64,000 nucleotides of DNA, from the NCBI GenBank assembly GCA_041576165.1, contig JBFGLM010000024.1, forward strand, positions 1 through 64,000. Reading direction: 5' to 3'. The notes beneath the pieces were generated by a model. It had not been told where the DNA came from, did not search any database, and worked only from the letters and a program-made list of their open reading frames with translations. Made by a program: the position numbers and the translations under genes. The stretch comes from Acidimicrobiia bacterium. Its GTDB lineage: Bacteria > Actinomycetota > Acidimicrobiia > Spongiisociales > Spongiisociaceae. This document shows, one piece after another, positions 8,204 through 16,792 of this stretch. The stretch's first letter is position 1, and the number at the start of each line of letters is the position of its first letter.

Positions 8204-9034
8204 GTGCGCCGCGATTTGGACCCGGCCACTCCGCCGGTGGTGGTGACGGTTGGCGGATCGGACTCGGGGGCGGGGGCCGGCGTTCAAGCCGACCTGAAGA
8301 CGCTCTCGGCACACCGCACATACGCCGCCACGGTGATAGTCGCAGTGACCGCCCAGAACACCCGGGGGGTGCAAGCTATGCAGGAGGTGCCGGCCTCCCT
8401 GGTGTCGGCCCAGTTCGACGCAGTCGCCTCAGACCTGAGGCCGCGAGCGGTCAAGACCGGCTTCCTTCCTTCAGCACAGATCGTGCGCACCGTCAGCGAC
8501 GCGACCGAGCGCTGGAACCCGGCGATCCGGGTGATCGACCCGGTGCTGGTTTCCTCCACCGGTTCACCGATAGTCGAAGACCAGACCGTCGAATCGTACT
8601 GGCGGCTCCTACGCCAAGCCACGCTCACCACACCCAATTACCGGGAGGCCGCTCGGCTGACCGGGATCGATGTGACCGACGTCTCGAGTCTCGGGCAAGC
8701 TGCATCTGCCCTGGCCCAGCTCACAGCGACGCCGGTGCTGGTCACCGGCGGCCACCTGGGCGGCCGCATCGCGCACGATGTGCTGGTCACCAGCCGGGAT
8801 ACCCACATCCTCGAAAGCCCTCGCGTCATCTCTGGGAACGTCCATGGGACCGGCTGCTCGCTGGCGTCCTCCATCACCGCCCGGCTCGTGCATGGGGCCG
8901 GCCTGGAGGATGCGGTACGAGGCGCCAAGGCCTGGGTGGCACGGGCCATCGCGGGAGGGGCCGGTTGGCGCATAGGCTCGGGCCAAGGGCCCATCGACCA
9001 TTTCGGGTGGGCGGATCAGGCCGACGAACTCTGA
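8204..9034 (+). CDS. thiD: Hydroxymethylpyrimidine/phosphomethylpyrimidine kinase
   Basis: GGSDSGAGAGVQADLKT, TAQNT, DPVLVS, TPN..EA, HGTGCSLAS, IGSGQGPIDH. Confidence 0.95.
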   Translation: MRRDLDPATPPVVVTVGGSDSGAGAGVQADLKTLSAHRTYAATVIVAVTAQNTRGVQAMQEVPASLVSAQFDAVASDLRPRAVKTGFLPSAQIVRTVSDATERWNPAIRVIDPVLVSSTGSPIVEDQTVESYWRLLRQATLTTPNYREAARLTGIDVTDVSSLGQAASALAQLTATPVLVTGGHLGGRIAHDVLVTSRDTHILESPRVISGNVHGTGCSLASSITARLVHGAGLEDAVRGAKAWVARAIAGGAGWRIGSGQGPIDHFGWADQADEL

Positions 9035-10230
9035 ACCAAGCCGGCCAGAAACACCCGAACCAGTTGCTCATAGCGTTCCGGGTCGACGTTCCATGACTGG
9101 ACATGTCCTGCCCCGGGTGTCTCGTGGAGCTGGACGAGCCGGGGCGCTGCCTCGTCAAGTGACCGCGAGAGCTCAACCGGCACGACGTCGTCGTCCAGCC
9201 CGTGGAACACGAGCATCGGCACCGCCGCCTGGGACAATTTGCTGACGTAATCCAGCTCGCTCCACCTGATACCGAAGCGCAGCGCCACGGTGGTCTTGGC
9301 GGCCGCCATGAGCGCCGGCGGGACCCCCCGATTCTCTGCCTCCCGATCGATGGTGAACCCCAGATCCAGCATCGGCGCGTCGAGCACGAGACCGATCACG
9401 CGGTCGGCAAACGGAGACGTGTGGAGGTATTCGGCCGCAATGGCGCCCCCCATCGAGTAACCGATCACAACGACGTCCTCAGCGCCCCTGTCCAGTGCCC
9501 ACCGGACGGCCGCCTCCACGTCGCGGTATTCGGAGAGTCCGTACTCATACGTCCCAGTCTGGGGGGCGCCGGCGTCGTTGCGATATCGGAGGACCAAGCT
9601 GGGGTATCCGCCGGTCACGGTGGTAGGCAGGAGCCTCAAAGCCTCGACCCGGTCGGCGCCCCGGCCGTGGATGTAGATCGTCCAGGTGGTCCGGGGTCCC
9701 GGCACATACCAGCTTTCGAGTTCGCCACCCGATGTCTTGATCTGGACGGTTTCGAACTCGATGCCCCGATCGGTGAACGGGTCCTGATAGAAGACCATCC
9801 CGTCGACTATCACTTGGGTGCCTTCGGTCAATACACCGAGGGATGGCGCGAACTGGCGGGTGACGCTGTCGGGCGTCTCAACCAAAACCGCACCAAGTGT
9901 GCCGTAGCCCGCGCTCCACTGGATGCCCATCACGCCATCCCGACTGAGTGCGGGCGTCGCTCCGTCGAGCTTACGCAGTGTGACCGAGTCGACCCCAACG
10001 TTGGTGACGGTGGCGTGGTTGAAATCGAGTCCGGCAACACCAGGGATGACGAAGGCCTCTCGGTGAATGAGATCGGAGAATCGCCACGCCCCAACCCCGG
10101 TCGAGACGATGGCGCCTACCGTGCCGAGCGCAACGAGCCATTTGAAGGCGCGTACGACCAGCTTGCGCCCATCCGCCAGCCACAACTGGCGCACGAGCGC
10201 CAGATCGCTCTTGACCGTGCGGTCCGTCAT
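9016..10230 (-). CDS. Membrane-anchored alpha/beta-hydrolase
   Basis: N-terminal TM; IHGRG oxyanion motif, GYSMGG nucleophile, HGLDDDVVP, AGH. Confidence 0.85.
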   Translation of the reverse strand: MTDRTVKSDLALVRQLWLADGRKLVVRAFKWLVALGTVGAIVSTGVGAWRFSDLIHREAFVIPGVAGLDFNHATVTNVGVDSVTLRKLDGATPALSRDGVMGIQWSAGYGTLGAVLVETPDSVTRQFAPSLGVLTEGTQVIVDGMVFYQDPFTDRGIEFETVQIKTSGGELESWYVPGPRTTWTIYIHGRGADRVEALRLLPTTVTGGYPSLVLRYRNDAGAPQTGTYEYGLSEYRDVEAAVRWALDRGAEDVVVIGYSMGGAIAAEYLHTSPFADRVIGLVLDAPMLDLGFTIDREAENRGVPPALMAAAKTTVALRFGIRWSELDYVSKLSQAAVPMLVFHGLDDDVVPVELSRSLDEAAPRLVQLHETPGAGHVQSWNVDPERYEQLVRVFLAGLVQSSSA

Positions 10231-10619
10231 CCGCCAACCGCTTCGCGAAAGAAGTCCGGCACCCGAACCGGCTTTCCGTCTAAATCCGTCATGGCCGCTC
10301 GCAGATCCATGGCCACCGCAACCCCGCGCGGGCTGTGGATCTCCTGACGCCAGTGGTGGCTGGCGCGGCGCACCTCGACCACCGCGGTCCGGACCGTGAC
10401 CGCCTCACCGGCCAGGATCGGAACTTTGAAGGCCACATCCACATTCGTCACGACAATCCGGAACCCCTTCGAATCGAGCTGATCGAGGCCCATTCCTACG
10501 GACTCCAACGCCCGGATCCGGGCTGTCTCGAAGTAGGCCAGGTAGACCGCATGATTCACATGGTTGTACGGATCGAGTTCGTAGAAGCGAACCTGTATCT
10601 GCGTCGCATGCTCGAGCAA
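10227..10619 (-). CDS. Acyl-CoA thioesterase (YbgC/4HBT hotdog family)
   Basis: VRFYELDPYNHVNHAVYLAYFETAR. Confidence 0.88.
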   Translation of the reverse strand: MLEHATQIQVRFYELDPYNHVNHAVYLAYFETARIRALESVGMGLDQLDSKGFRIVVTNVDVAFKVPILAGEAVTVRTAVVEVRRASHHWRQEIHSPRGVAVAMDLRAAMTDLDGKPVRVPDFFREAVGG

Positions 10620-10758
10620 AGGCTGGGCCCCCGGTCGTTGCGGGCACCTTAGAGCGTCCCCTGCGCCACGCCGCGTCTCCGGTACCGACGCCCGGGACTC
10701 GCCGGCTGGCCAACCTGGCCGCCTGGTCCGGCGACGGCCGGCTTCCTAGGATCGCCCG

Positions 10759-11772
10759 ATGCGTGCTTGGTACCTCACCGAAACGAACGGCCTCGACTCG
10801 TACAGCTTCGGCGAGCTCGAGACCCCGGAGCCCGGCTCAGGGGAGGCTCGGGTGAAGCTGCAGGCTGCTGCCCTGAACCATCTCGACTTGTGGACCGCCC
10901 GCGGTTTACCGGCGCCGAAGACGATGCCCCATGTCACCGGCGGGGACGGGGCCGGCCGGGTTGACCTCGTCGGCGAGGGCGTGACCGGATGGAAGGTGGG
11001 CGACGAGGTGGTCATTGATCCTTCGATCCCGCACGGACCTCCCACAGACGGCATTCCCTACGGAGGCAAGCTGGGAATCCTGGGTGAACACCGCTGGGGC
11101 ACACTGGCCGAGTATGTCGTGGTTCCGGGCGGCAACCTCATTGCCAAACCCGCTTCGCTGGACTGGCACGCGGCGGCGGCCTACGGGCTCACCACCGGCA
11201 CCGCCTACAGGATGCTGCAGCGCGCCCGGCTGCGGCCGGGGGACGTGCTACTGGTCGTGGGGGTGGGGGGTGGCGTCTCCTCTGCCGGGCTGTCGCTCGG
11301 GGTGGCAATGGGCGCCGAGGTGTATGTCACATCCACCAAACAGGAGAAAATCGACCGGGCGGTCCAGCTGGGAGCTGTCGCCGGTTTCGACTCGGCCGCA
11401 GAGTTCTCAAAAGAGATCAAGGCGGCAACCGGGAGCGGCGCCCACGTGGTGCTCGAGAATGTCGGGCCTGCCACGTGGAACCAGTCGCTACGATCCCTGG
11501 CGAGCGGCGGCCGCCTGGTCACCTGTGGCTCCACCACCGGCCCCAAAGTTGAGATCACCGTGCCGGCGCTGTTCTTCAAACACCACGAAATCATTGGCTC
11601 CACGATGTTTGACCATGCCGATTTCGAGGCCGTCACCGCCATGATCGGGTCGGGTGAGCTGCCGGTGCACGTCGACCGCGTGTACGCCTTCGAGGATCTC
11701 CCGTCTGCGCTGGCCCGCCTCGACGCCGGTGAACAGCTGGGCAAGATCGTGATCAACATCGGCGCTGATTGA
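10759..11772 (+). CDS. MDR-family NAD(P)-dependent oxidoreductase (quinone-reductase-like)
   Basis: AALNHLD, GGDGAG.V, GVGGGV nucleotide-binding motif, QLGKIVI; TAGGAT-N6-ATG. Confidence 0.85.
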   Translation: MRAWYLTETNGLDSYSFGELETPEPGSGEARVKLQAAALNHLDLWTARGLPAPKTMPHVTGGDGAGRVDLVGEGVTGWKVGDEVVIDPSIPHGPPTDGIPYGGKLGILGEHRWGTLAEYVVVPGGNLIAKPASLDWHAAAAYGLTTGTAYRMLQRARLRPGDVLLVVGVGGGVSSAGLSLGVAMGAEVYVTSTKQEKIDRAVQLGAVAGFDSAAEFSKEIKAATGSGAHVVLENVGPATWNQSLRSLASGGRLVTCGSTTGPKVEITVPALFFKHHEIIGSTMFDHADFEAVTAMIGSGELPVHVDRVYAFEDLPSALARLDAGEQLGKIVINIGAD

Positions 11773-11882
11773 AGATGACCCGCTGCAGGGGCCTATACTC
11801 GCCCGGCTGTCAGATCTCTGTGGTGTCCGCCTGAAACCCTGAGTAATCTGAAAGCGCCCCGTCGCGGGGACCCCCAAACGCT

Positions 11883-11960
11883 GGGGGCGTGGTGAAGTCT
11901 GGAGTTCACGCCGGCCTGTCAAGCCGGAGGTCGCGGGTTCAAATCCCGTCGTCCCCGCCA
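11883..11960 (+). tRNA. tRNA-Asp(GTC)
   Basis: Acceptor GGGGGCG/CGTCCCC, anticodon arm CCGGC-CTGTCAA-GCCGG, GGTTCAAATCC, encoded CCA. Confidence 0.97.
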
Positions 11961-11983
11961 GCTGCTCCCCGGAGCCAGCCCGT

Positions 11984-12010
11984 GGAAGCGGACCCGTCGG
12001 GTCCGCTTCC
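11984..12010. repeat. Perfect 12-bp hairpin in the tRNA spacer
   Basis: GGAAGCGGACCC-gtc-GGGTCCGCTTCC. Confidence 0.75.
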
Positions 12011-12040
12011 GGACAAGTCAGCCAGTTGGCTGATCCAATT

Positions 12041-12116
12041 GGCCAGGTAGCTCAGTTGGCAGAGCACCGCTCTGAAAAAGCGGGGGTCGGCAGTTCGATT
12101 CTGCCCCTGGCCACCA
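12041..12116 (+). tRNA. tRNA-Phe(GAA)
   Basis: GGCCAGG/CCTGGCC acceptor, CCGCT-CTGAAAA-AGCGG anticodon arm, GTTCGATTC, CCA. Confidence 0.97.
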
Positions 12117-12393
12117 AGTTGTCGCCGGCCGTGGCAGCAGCAGGCCATCTGCCGGTCTCGATCACAGGTCCGTCATGCGGCGGGCGAACCGCATCGGCCA
12201 TCCGCACCGGGAGCGTGAACCCGGCCTTGGGCCGTGGGGAACCGGCATATGCGAACTGCAGGCGGCGGAGTACCGTTCCGGACGGAATTGGTCGGGCCCG
12301 CAGCAGCGGATCACGCCAGTAGTCATCAGGATCGGCGGCCCGCCGTTCAGGCGTGGCCGCAGGTCGGGCTGGAGTGTCGCCGGGGTGCTCGAT

Positions 12394-13305
12394 CTATCCG
12401 GCCGGCATCGGGCTGAGGGGGACGACGTCGACGATCCGGTACTCCGGCGCCGCCTTGGCCGGTAGCCCACCGTAGGCCCGGCAGGATATCGTCGGTACTT
12501 CGCGGGCAACCTCGACCCGCACTCGCCAGGCTGATTCGCCGGCCTCCACGGTGCACTGCGCAGCGGTGGCGGACACCTCTGACACCGAAATACGGCGGGC
12601 CGTATCTTCGAGGTCCCATCCCACCCGGGAGAAGATCTCTCGTTCGGCCGCCTGGCCAAATCCACGCTCTGCGCCGGACCAGCCGCGACACCGGCCGGCG
12701 ATGGCCGCAGCTTCTCCTCGCCGCTGTAGGACCGCGTCGAGCAACTCCAGGTCCAGGTGGGCCCACATGCGACCGTCGGGCAGTGTCATGCCGGTGGGAG
12801 CAAAGCGATGCCCACCCGTGTGGCTGATCCGTACCACCTCGACGTGTGGCATGTGCACCTCGACTTCGACGGCAAGCCGCTCCCCATCCGACCCGCAGCA
12901 CACGTCGTGGCTACCTTGGGTGCACACCAGCAGGACCGGCCCAACGACCGGCTCGTCGGGCGCAGTCGAAGTACCGAGTCCCAACAGCTGCGCAGCGAGG
13001 TCGGGGGCGCGGGCCTCGTCGATCCGGGTCACCTGGGTCCCGGACCGGCGGAAGCGAGCGACGCGCAGTTCGTGCCCGCGCGGCACGGACGCAAACAGGC
13101 GTGTGCGAGTGTCCAGAGAGCTCACCAAATCCATGGCTCCCGCCAGCACGGGGTGGTCGCCTACCGGCTTCGGCCAGGGTCGGGGCACGTCCACCACCAG
13201 TAGCTGGTCGGCGTTCACGGCCGTACCGACCGGATCGATCCCGAGCTCGCGGGTATACGGAGAACACCGAGGCTGGATGTCCCGATCCGGCAGCAGAGTG
13301 TCCAT
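12394..13305 (-). CDS. Sucrase/ferredoxin-like (Apd1/Aim32-type) [2Fe-2S] protein
   Basis: LVCTQGSHDVCCG and SHTGGHRFAPT motifs; TGATG overlap with the upstream gene. Confidence 0.88.
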   Translation of the reverse strand: MDTLLPDRDIQPRCSPYTRELGIDPVGTAVNADQLLVVDVPRPWPKPVGDHPVLAGAMDLVSSLDTRTRLFASVPRGHELRVARFRRSGTQVTRIDEARAPDLAAQLLGLGTSTAPDEPVVGPVLLVCTQGSHDVCCGSDGERLAVEVEVHMPHVEVVRISHTGGHRFAPTGMTLPDGRMWAHLDLELLDAVLQRRGEAAAIAGRCRGWSGAERGFGQAAEREIFSRVGWDLEDTARRISVSEVSATAAQCTVEAGESAWRVRVEVAREVPTISCRAYGGLPAKAAPEYRIVDVVPLSPMPAG

Positions 13306-14063
13306 CAGCTGTTGAAGCCCACCGCCATGGCTTCAGACCATTTGGTGGCCATTTCGATGTACAAATTGCGGGCTTCCATCAGGTCACCTGCCTCGAGCGC
13401 TTCGACCGACTCCCAGATCTCCTCGACCGAGTCATCGGTCACCAGGTCCTGGTCTGTGAACATGGCGGCCACCGAGCCATAGTCGAGCTCCACGAGAGCG
13501 TCCTCCCGGAACTCGGCGAGCCACTCCGCCAGCTCTTCGATCTCACCTGTGATACTCGAGGTGAATCCGGCCCGCTCCAGTGCATCCAGCGCCCGCTGCA
13601 AACGGCCCGACGCGGAAAGCCGTCGGGTTCGGTAGCGCACGGCCACTCGCCCGTGGTCGATTATCTCGCGCTCGTCCGGCGCAAAAGCGAGGAACCAGCG
13701 GGGCGGCACGTGCCAGGCCGAGGTGAGGATGTGCGAGCGTACCTCCGGCCGGCTCCGGTGGATGCGCTCCAGTTCCTCGGCGGCCAGTCGGGCGGTTGCT
13801 TCCGGGATGATGAGGCGCGAGCCGTGATCCGCAAACGCATTGTGGAAGGCGAGCACCCCCTGGAGTACGCGAAGGTGGGCATTGCGGGGGCACATGTACC
13901 GCTCACCGTTCCACTCCGCCAGCAGACCATCGTCCGTCAGAGGTTCGCCGATCAGCCCATAGCGGGAGTCGCTGAGCAGATCGGAATCCTGCGCCACGTG
14001 GGTCTGGAGGCCCGTGAAGTCTGTCAACGGTAGATAGACCCGAAGATAGGACGTGCGCGTCAT
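13305..14063 (-). CDS. Conserved actinobacterial hypothetical protein
   Basis: SYLRVY.PL, HILTSAWHVP.RWF, LVELDYG, DDSVEE motifs; TACCCT-N7-ATG. Confidence 0.75.
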   Translation of the reverse strand: MTRTSYLRVYLPLTDFTGLQTHVAQDSDLLSDSRYGLIGEPLTDDGLLAEWNGERYMCPRNAHLRVLQGVLAFHNAFADHGSRLIIPEATARLAAEELERIHRSRPEVRSHILTSAWHVPPRWFLAFAPDEREIIDHGRVAVRYRTRRLSASGRLQRALDALERAGFTSSITGEIEELAEWLAEFREDALVELDYGSVAAMFTDQDLVTDDSVEEIWESVEALEAGDLMEARNLYIEMATKWSEAMAVGFNS

Positions 14064-14455
14064 CCGCCACAGGGTAACCAATGGCGCGCATATGAGGGCC
14101 GGCCCACATCGACCGGCCCCTGCGCTGCGGTGGCTGCGCCGCGCGGCCCGGTCGTGGAGACTCCCCAGCCGATGAGGCTGAAGGCCCTGGTGTGTCGCGC
14201 TGCGCCCACTAAAGTCGGAGCTAGCGGAACAGGAGCGCGATCCGCTGGAGCCAGTCCGGGCGACCCGCGCAGCACGTTGCCGGAAGCTCGGGAATGCTTC
14301 ACGTATATCTGCCTCCTACCTGCGACATCCCGGCAACCCCGGGAGCGCAAGGGACAGATGGGTGCGCCGCGATCCGGCTAACCCGCCTGGCCACGGTTGA
14401 CAGGGTGACGACCTCACCCGGCCGACCCGACGGCACAAGAGAGGAGACAGCCGGC

Positions 14456-16486
14456 GTGGACCTGATTCAGGACCTCAAGGAAACTCACCGCGAGCTCGGG
14501 CTCACCGACGACCAGGTCGTCGAAATGTATCGGCAGATGTTGCTGGCCCGCCGTGTCGACGATCGGATGTGGGCCATGAACCGCCAGGGCCGAGCGCCCT
14601 TCGTTGTCTCAGCATCCGGGCATGAAGGCACCCAGATCGGCGTGGTGGCAGCACTCGACCGCAAGAAGGACTGGGCGCTGCCGTACTATCGCGATGTCGG
14701 GATGGCGCTGGCGTGGGGCATGACCCCGCTCGATCTGTTTCTGGGCGTCACATCCAAATCGACCGACCCGTCATCCGGCGGGCGGCAGATGCCCAATCAC
14801 TGGTCGCATCGCGACCTGCGAATCCTCTCCCATTCCAGCCCCATCGCCACCCAGTTCCCCCATGCCTGCGGAATCGCGTACTCACTCCGGACCCGCGGCT
14901 CGGACGCGGTCGTCGCCGTCCACGGCGGCGAAGGCTCGACCTCGGAAGGCGACTGGAGCGAGGCCATGAACTTCGCCGGCATCCACCAGCTACCCGTGCT
15001 CTTCGTGATCGAGAACAACCAGTACGCCATCTCGGTGCCCGTCGAGGACGAGGTCGCGGGTCAGATCGCTGATCGGGCCCGCGGGTACGGCATTCACGGG
15101 GTCTTCGTGGACGGCAACGACGCGCTCGCCGTGTACAAGGTCACCAGCGAGGCGGTGAGGCGTGCCCGGGCCGGAGACGGGCCAACTCTGATCGAAGCCC
15201 AGACGTACCGCTACTACGCCCACACGAGCGATGACGATGACCGGCTGTACCGCACTCGGGAAGAGGTTGAGTACTGGCGCCGGCGCGATCCGCTGGCGGT
15301 GTTGCATCAATACCTGGTGGAAGCCCGGCTGCTATCCGAAGAGTCGGAAGCAGAGATGGAAGGGGAGATCGAACGGGAGATTCGGGCGGCGGTGGCAGAG
15401 GCCGAAGCCTCACCGGATCCGACTGATGCATTCTCCGGTGTCTACCGGCGCCCCATTCCACCGCACCCGGCCACTACCGAGGTCCAACCGCCAGCGACCG
15501 GCGAGACCGTGAACCTCGTGACCGCTATCAATCGGACGCTCCATGAGATCTTCGAGCAGGACGATCGCGCCTTTCTGTTCGGCGAAGACGTGGCCGATCC
15601 GAAGGGTGGAGTTTTCAAAGCTTCGATCGGTCTGACCGACAAGTTCGGCCAAGTGCGAGCATTCAACAGCCCGCTGGCCGAATCACTGATCATCGGGCTG
15701 GCGCTGGGCATGGCTGCCGCCGGGGACAAACCATTCCCCGAGATCCAATTCGCCGACTTCATCCACCCTGCCTTCGACCAGATCGTGTCCGAGGTGGCCC
15801 GCTTGCATTACCGCAGCAATGGGGATTGGAGCTGTCCGATGGTCATCCGTGTGCCCTATGGCGGCGGGATCCATGGGGCCCTGTACCACTCTCAATCGAT
15901 CGAAGCCTTCTACACACACGTCCCGGGCCTGAAAGTGGTAGTCCCCTCGAACCCGGCCGACGCGAAAGGGCTGCTGTGGGCGGCGTACGAGGATCCAGAC
16001 CCGGTGATGTTCCTCGAACCAAAACGCCTCTACCGCCTGGTGAAGGCGCCGATGCCCCCAGGGCGCCACGTGGTTCCGCTGGGCAAGGCTGCGCTGCGGC
16101 GGACCGGTGAGCATCTGACGATCATCGCCTACGGCGCCATGGCGTACGAGGCAGAATCGGCGGCGTCGGAGCTTGCCTCGCTCGGGATCAACAGCGACGT
16201 GATCGATTTGCGGACGCTGAAGCCGCTGGACTGGGAGACCATCGCCGCTTCGGTCGCCAAGACCGGGCGGGTTTTGATCGTCCACGAGGACAACGAGTTC
16301 GTGGGATACGGCGCCGAGCTGGCGGCCCAGGTCGCCGATAAGGCGTTCGAACATCTCGATGCACCAGTACTGCGCTATGCCTCCCCCGATGTGCCGACGT
16401 TCCCCTTCGCCGAGTCGTTGGAGAAGCTGGTCATGCCGAACGCGGCCGGCATCGTCGATCGGGGCAAGTGGTTGGTCCAGTACTGA
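14456..16486 (+). CDS. Fused E1 alpha/beta subunit of a 2-oxoacid (probably branched-chain) dehydrogenase
   Basis: GHEG, PYYRD, GEGSTSEG...ENNQYAIS ThDP motif, YRY.AHTSDDD, then FGEDV, EIQFADF, GALYHSQS; SD GAGGAG. Confidence 0.92.
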   Translation: MDLIQDLKETHRELGLTDDQVVEMYRQMLLARRVDDRMWAMNRQGRAPFVVSASGHEGTQIGVVAALDRKKDWALPYYRDVGMALAWGMTPLDLFLGVTSKSTDPSSGGRQMPNHWSHRDLRILSHSSPIATQFPHACGIAYSLRTRGSDAVVAVHGGEGSTSEGDWSEAMNFAGIHQLPVLFVIENNQYAISVPVEDEVAGQIADRARGYGIHGVFVDGNDALAVYKVTSEAVRRARAGDGPTLIEAQTYRYYAHTSDDDDRLYRTREEVEYWRRRDPLAVLHQYLVEARLLSEESEAEMEGEIEREIRAAVAEAEASPDPTDAFSGVYRRPIPPHPATTEVQPPATGETVNLVTAINRTLHEIFEQDDRAFLFGEDVADPKGGVFKASIGLTDKFGQVRAFNSPLAESLIIGLALGMAAAGDKPFPEIQFADFIHPAFDQIVSEVARLHYRSNGDWSCPMVIRVPYGGGIHGALYHSQSIEAFYTHVPGLKVVVPSNPADAKGLLWAAYEDPDPVMFLEPKRLYRLVKAPMPPGRHVVPLGKAALRRTGEHLTIIAYGAMAYEAESAASELASLGINSDVIDLRTLKPLDWETIAASVAKTGRVLIVHEDNEFVGYGAELAAQVADKAFEHLDAPVLRYASPDVPTFPFAESLEKLVMPNAAGIVDRGKWLVQY

Positions 16487-16492
16487 CGCGGA

Positions 16493-16527
16493 GATGCCGG
16501 CTCGCTCACGCCAGCCGGCATCATTTC
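16493..16527 (+). terminator. Putative terminator hairpin after the E1 gene
   Basis: GATGCCGGCT...AGCCGGCATC 10-bp stem followed by ATTTC. Confidence 0.55.
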
Positions 16528-16792
16528 CACGATCTGGCGCCGATAAAGCCAGAGTGCCGGGGGCCCTCCAACCGTCATCGGTGTTGCCGCCGTCGACGTC
16601 GACGCCGACGGCCCTGCACAGCAGCACGTTTGCCTCACGTGAGGTCCCTACCCCGGTCGACACCTGGTTGCAGCACCGCTTACTTTACGGTCCAGATTCC
16701 GTCCGGAGCAGTGACCGGCCGTCCGACCATGCCATCGGCCTAACCGCTCGAAATCTTGAACCCACCGAACGGGTATTTATGCTGCTTCAAGC

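Noticed and set aside
12117-12393. Integrated element at tRNA-Phe
   Set aside because: No integrase, att duplication or compositional shift
16487-16792. T-box or small gene upstream of argS; perfect GCCGATAA at 16539
   Set aside because: No T-box consensus; the -10-like octamer has no well-spaced -35, and the following GTG ORF runs into argS out of frame
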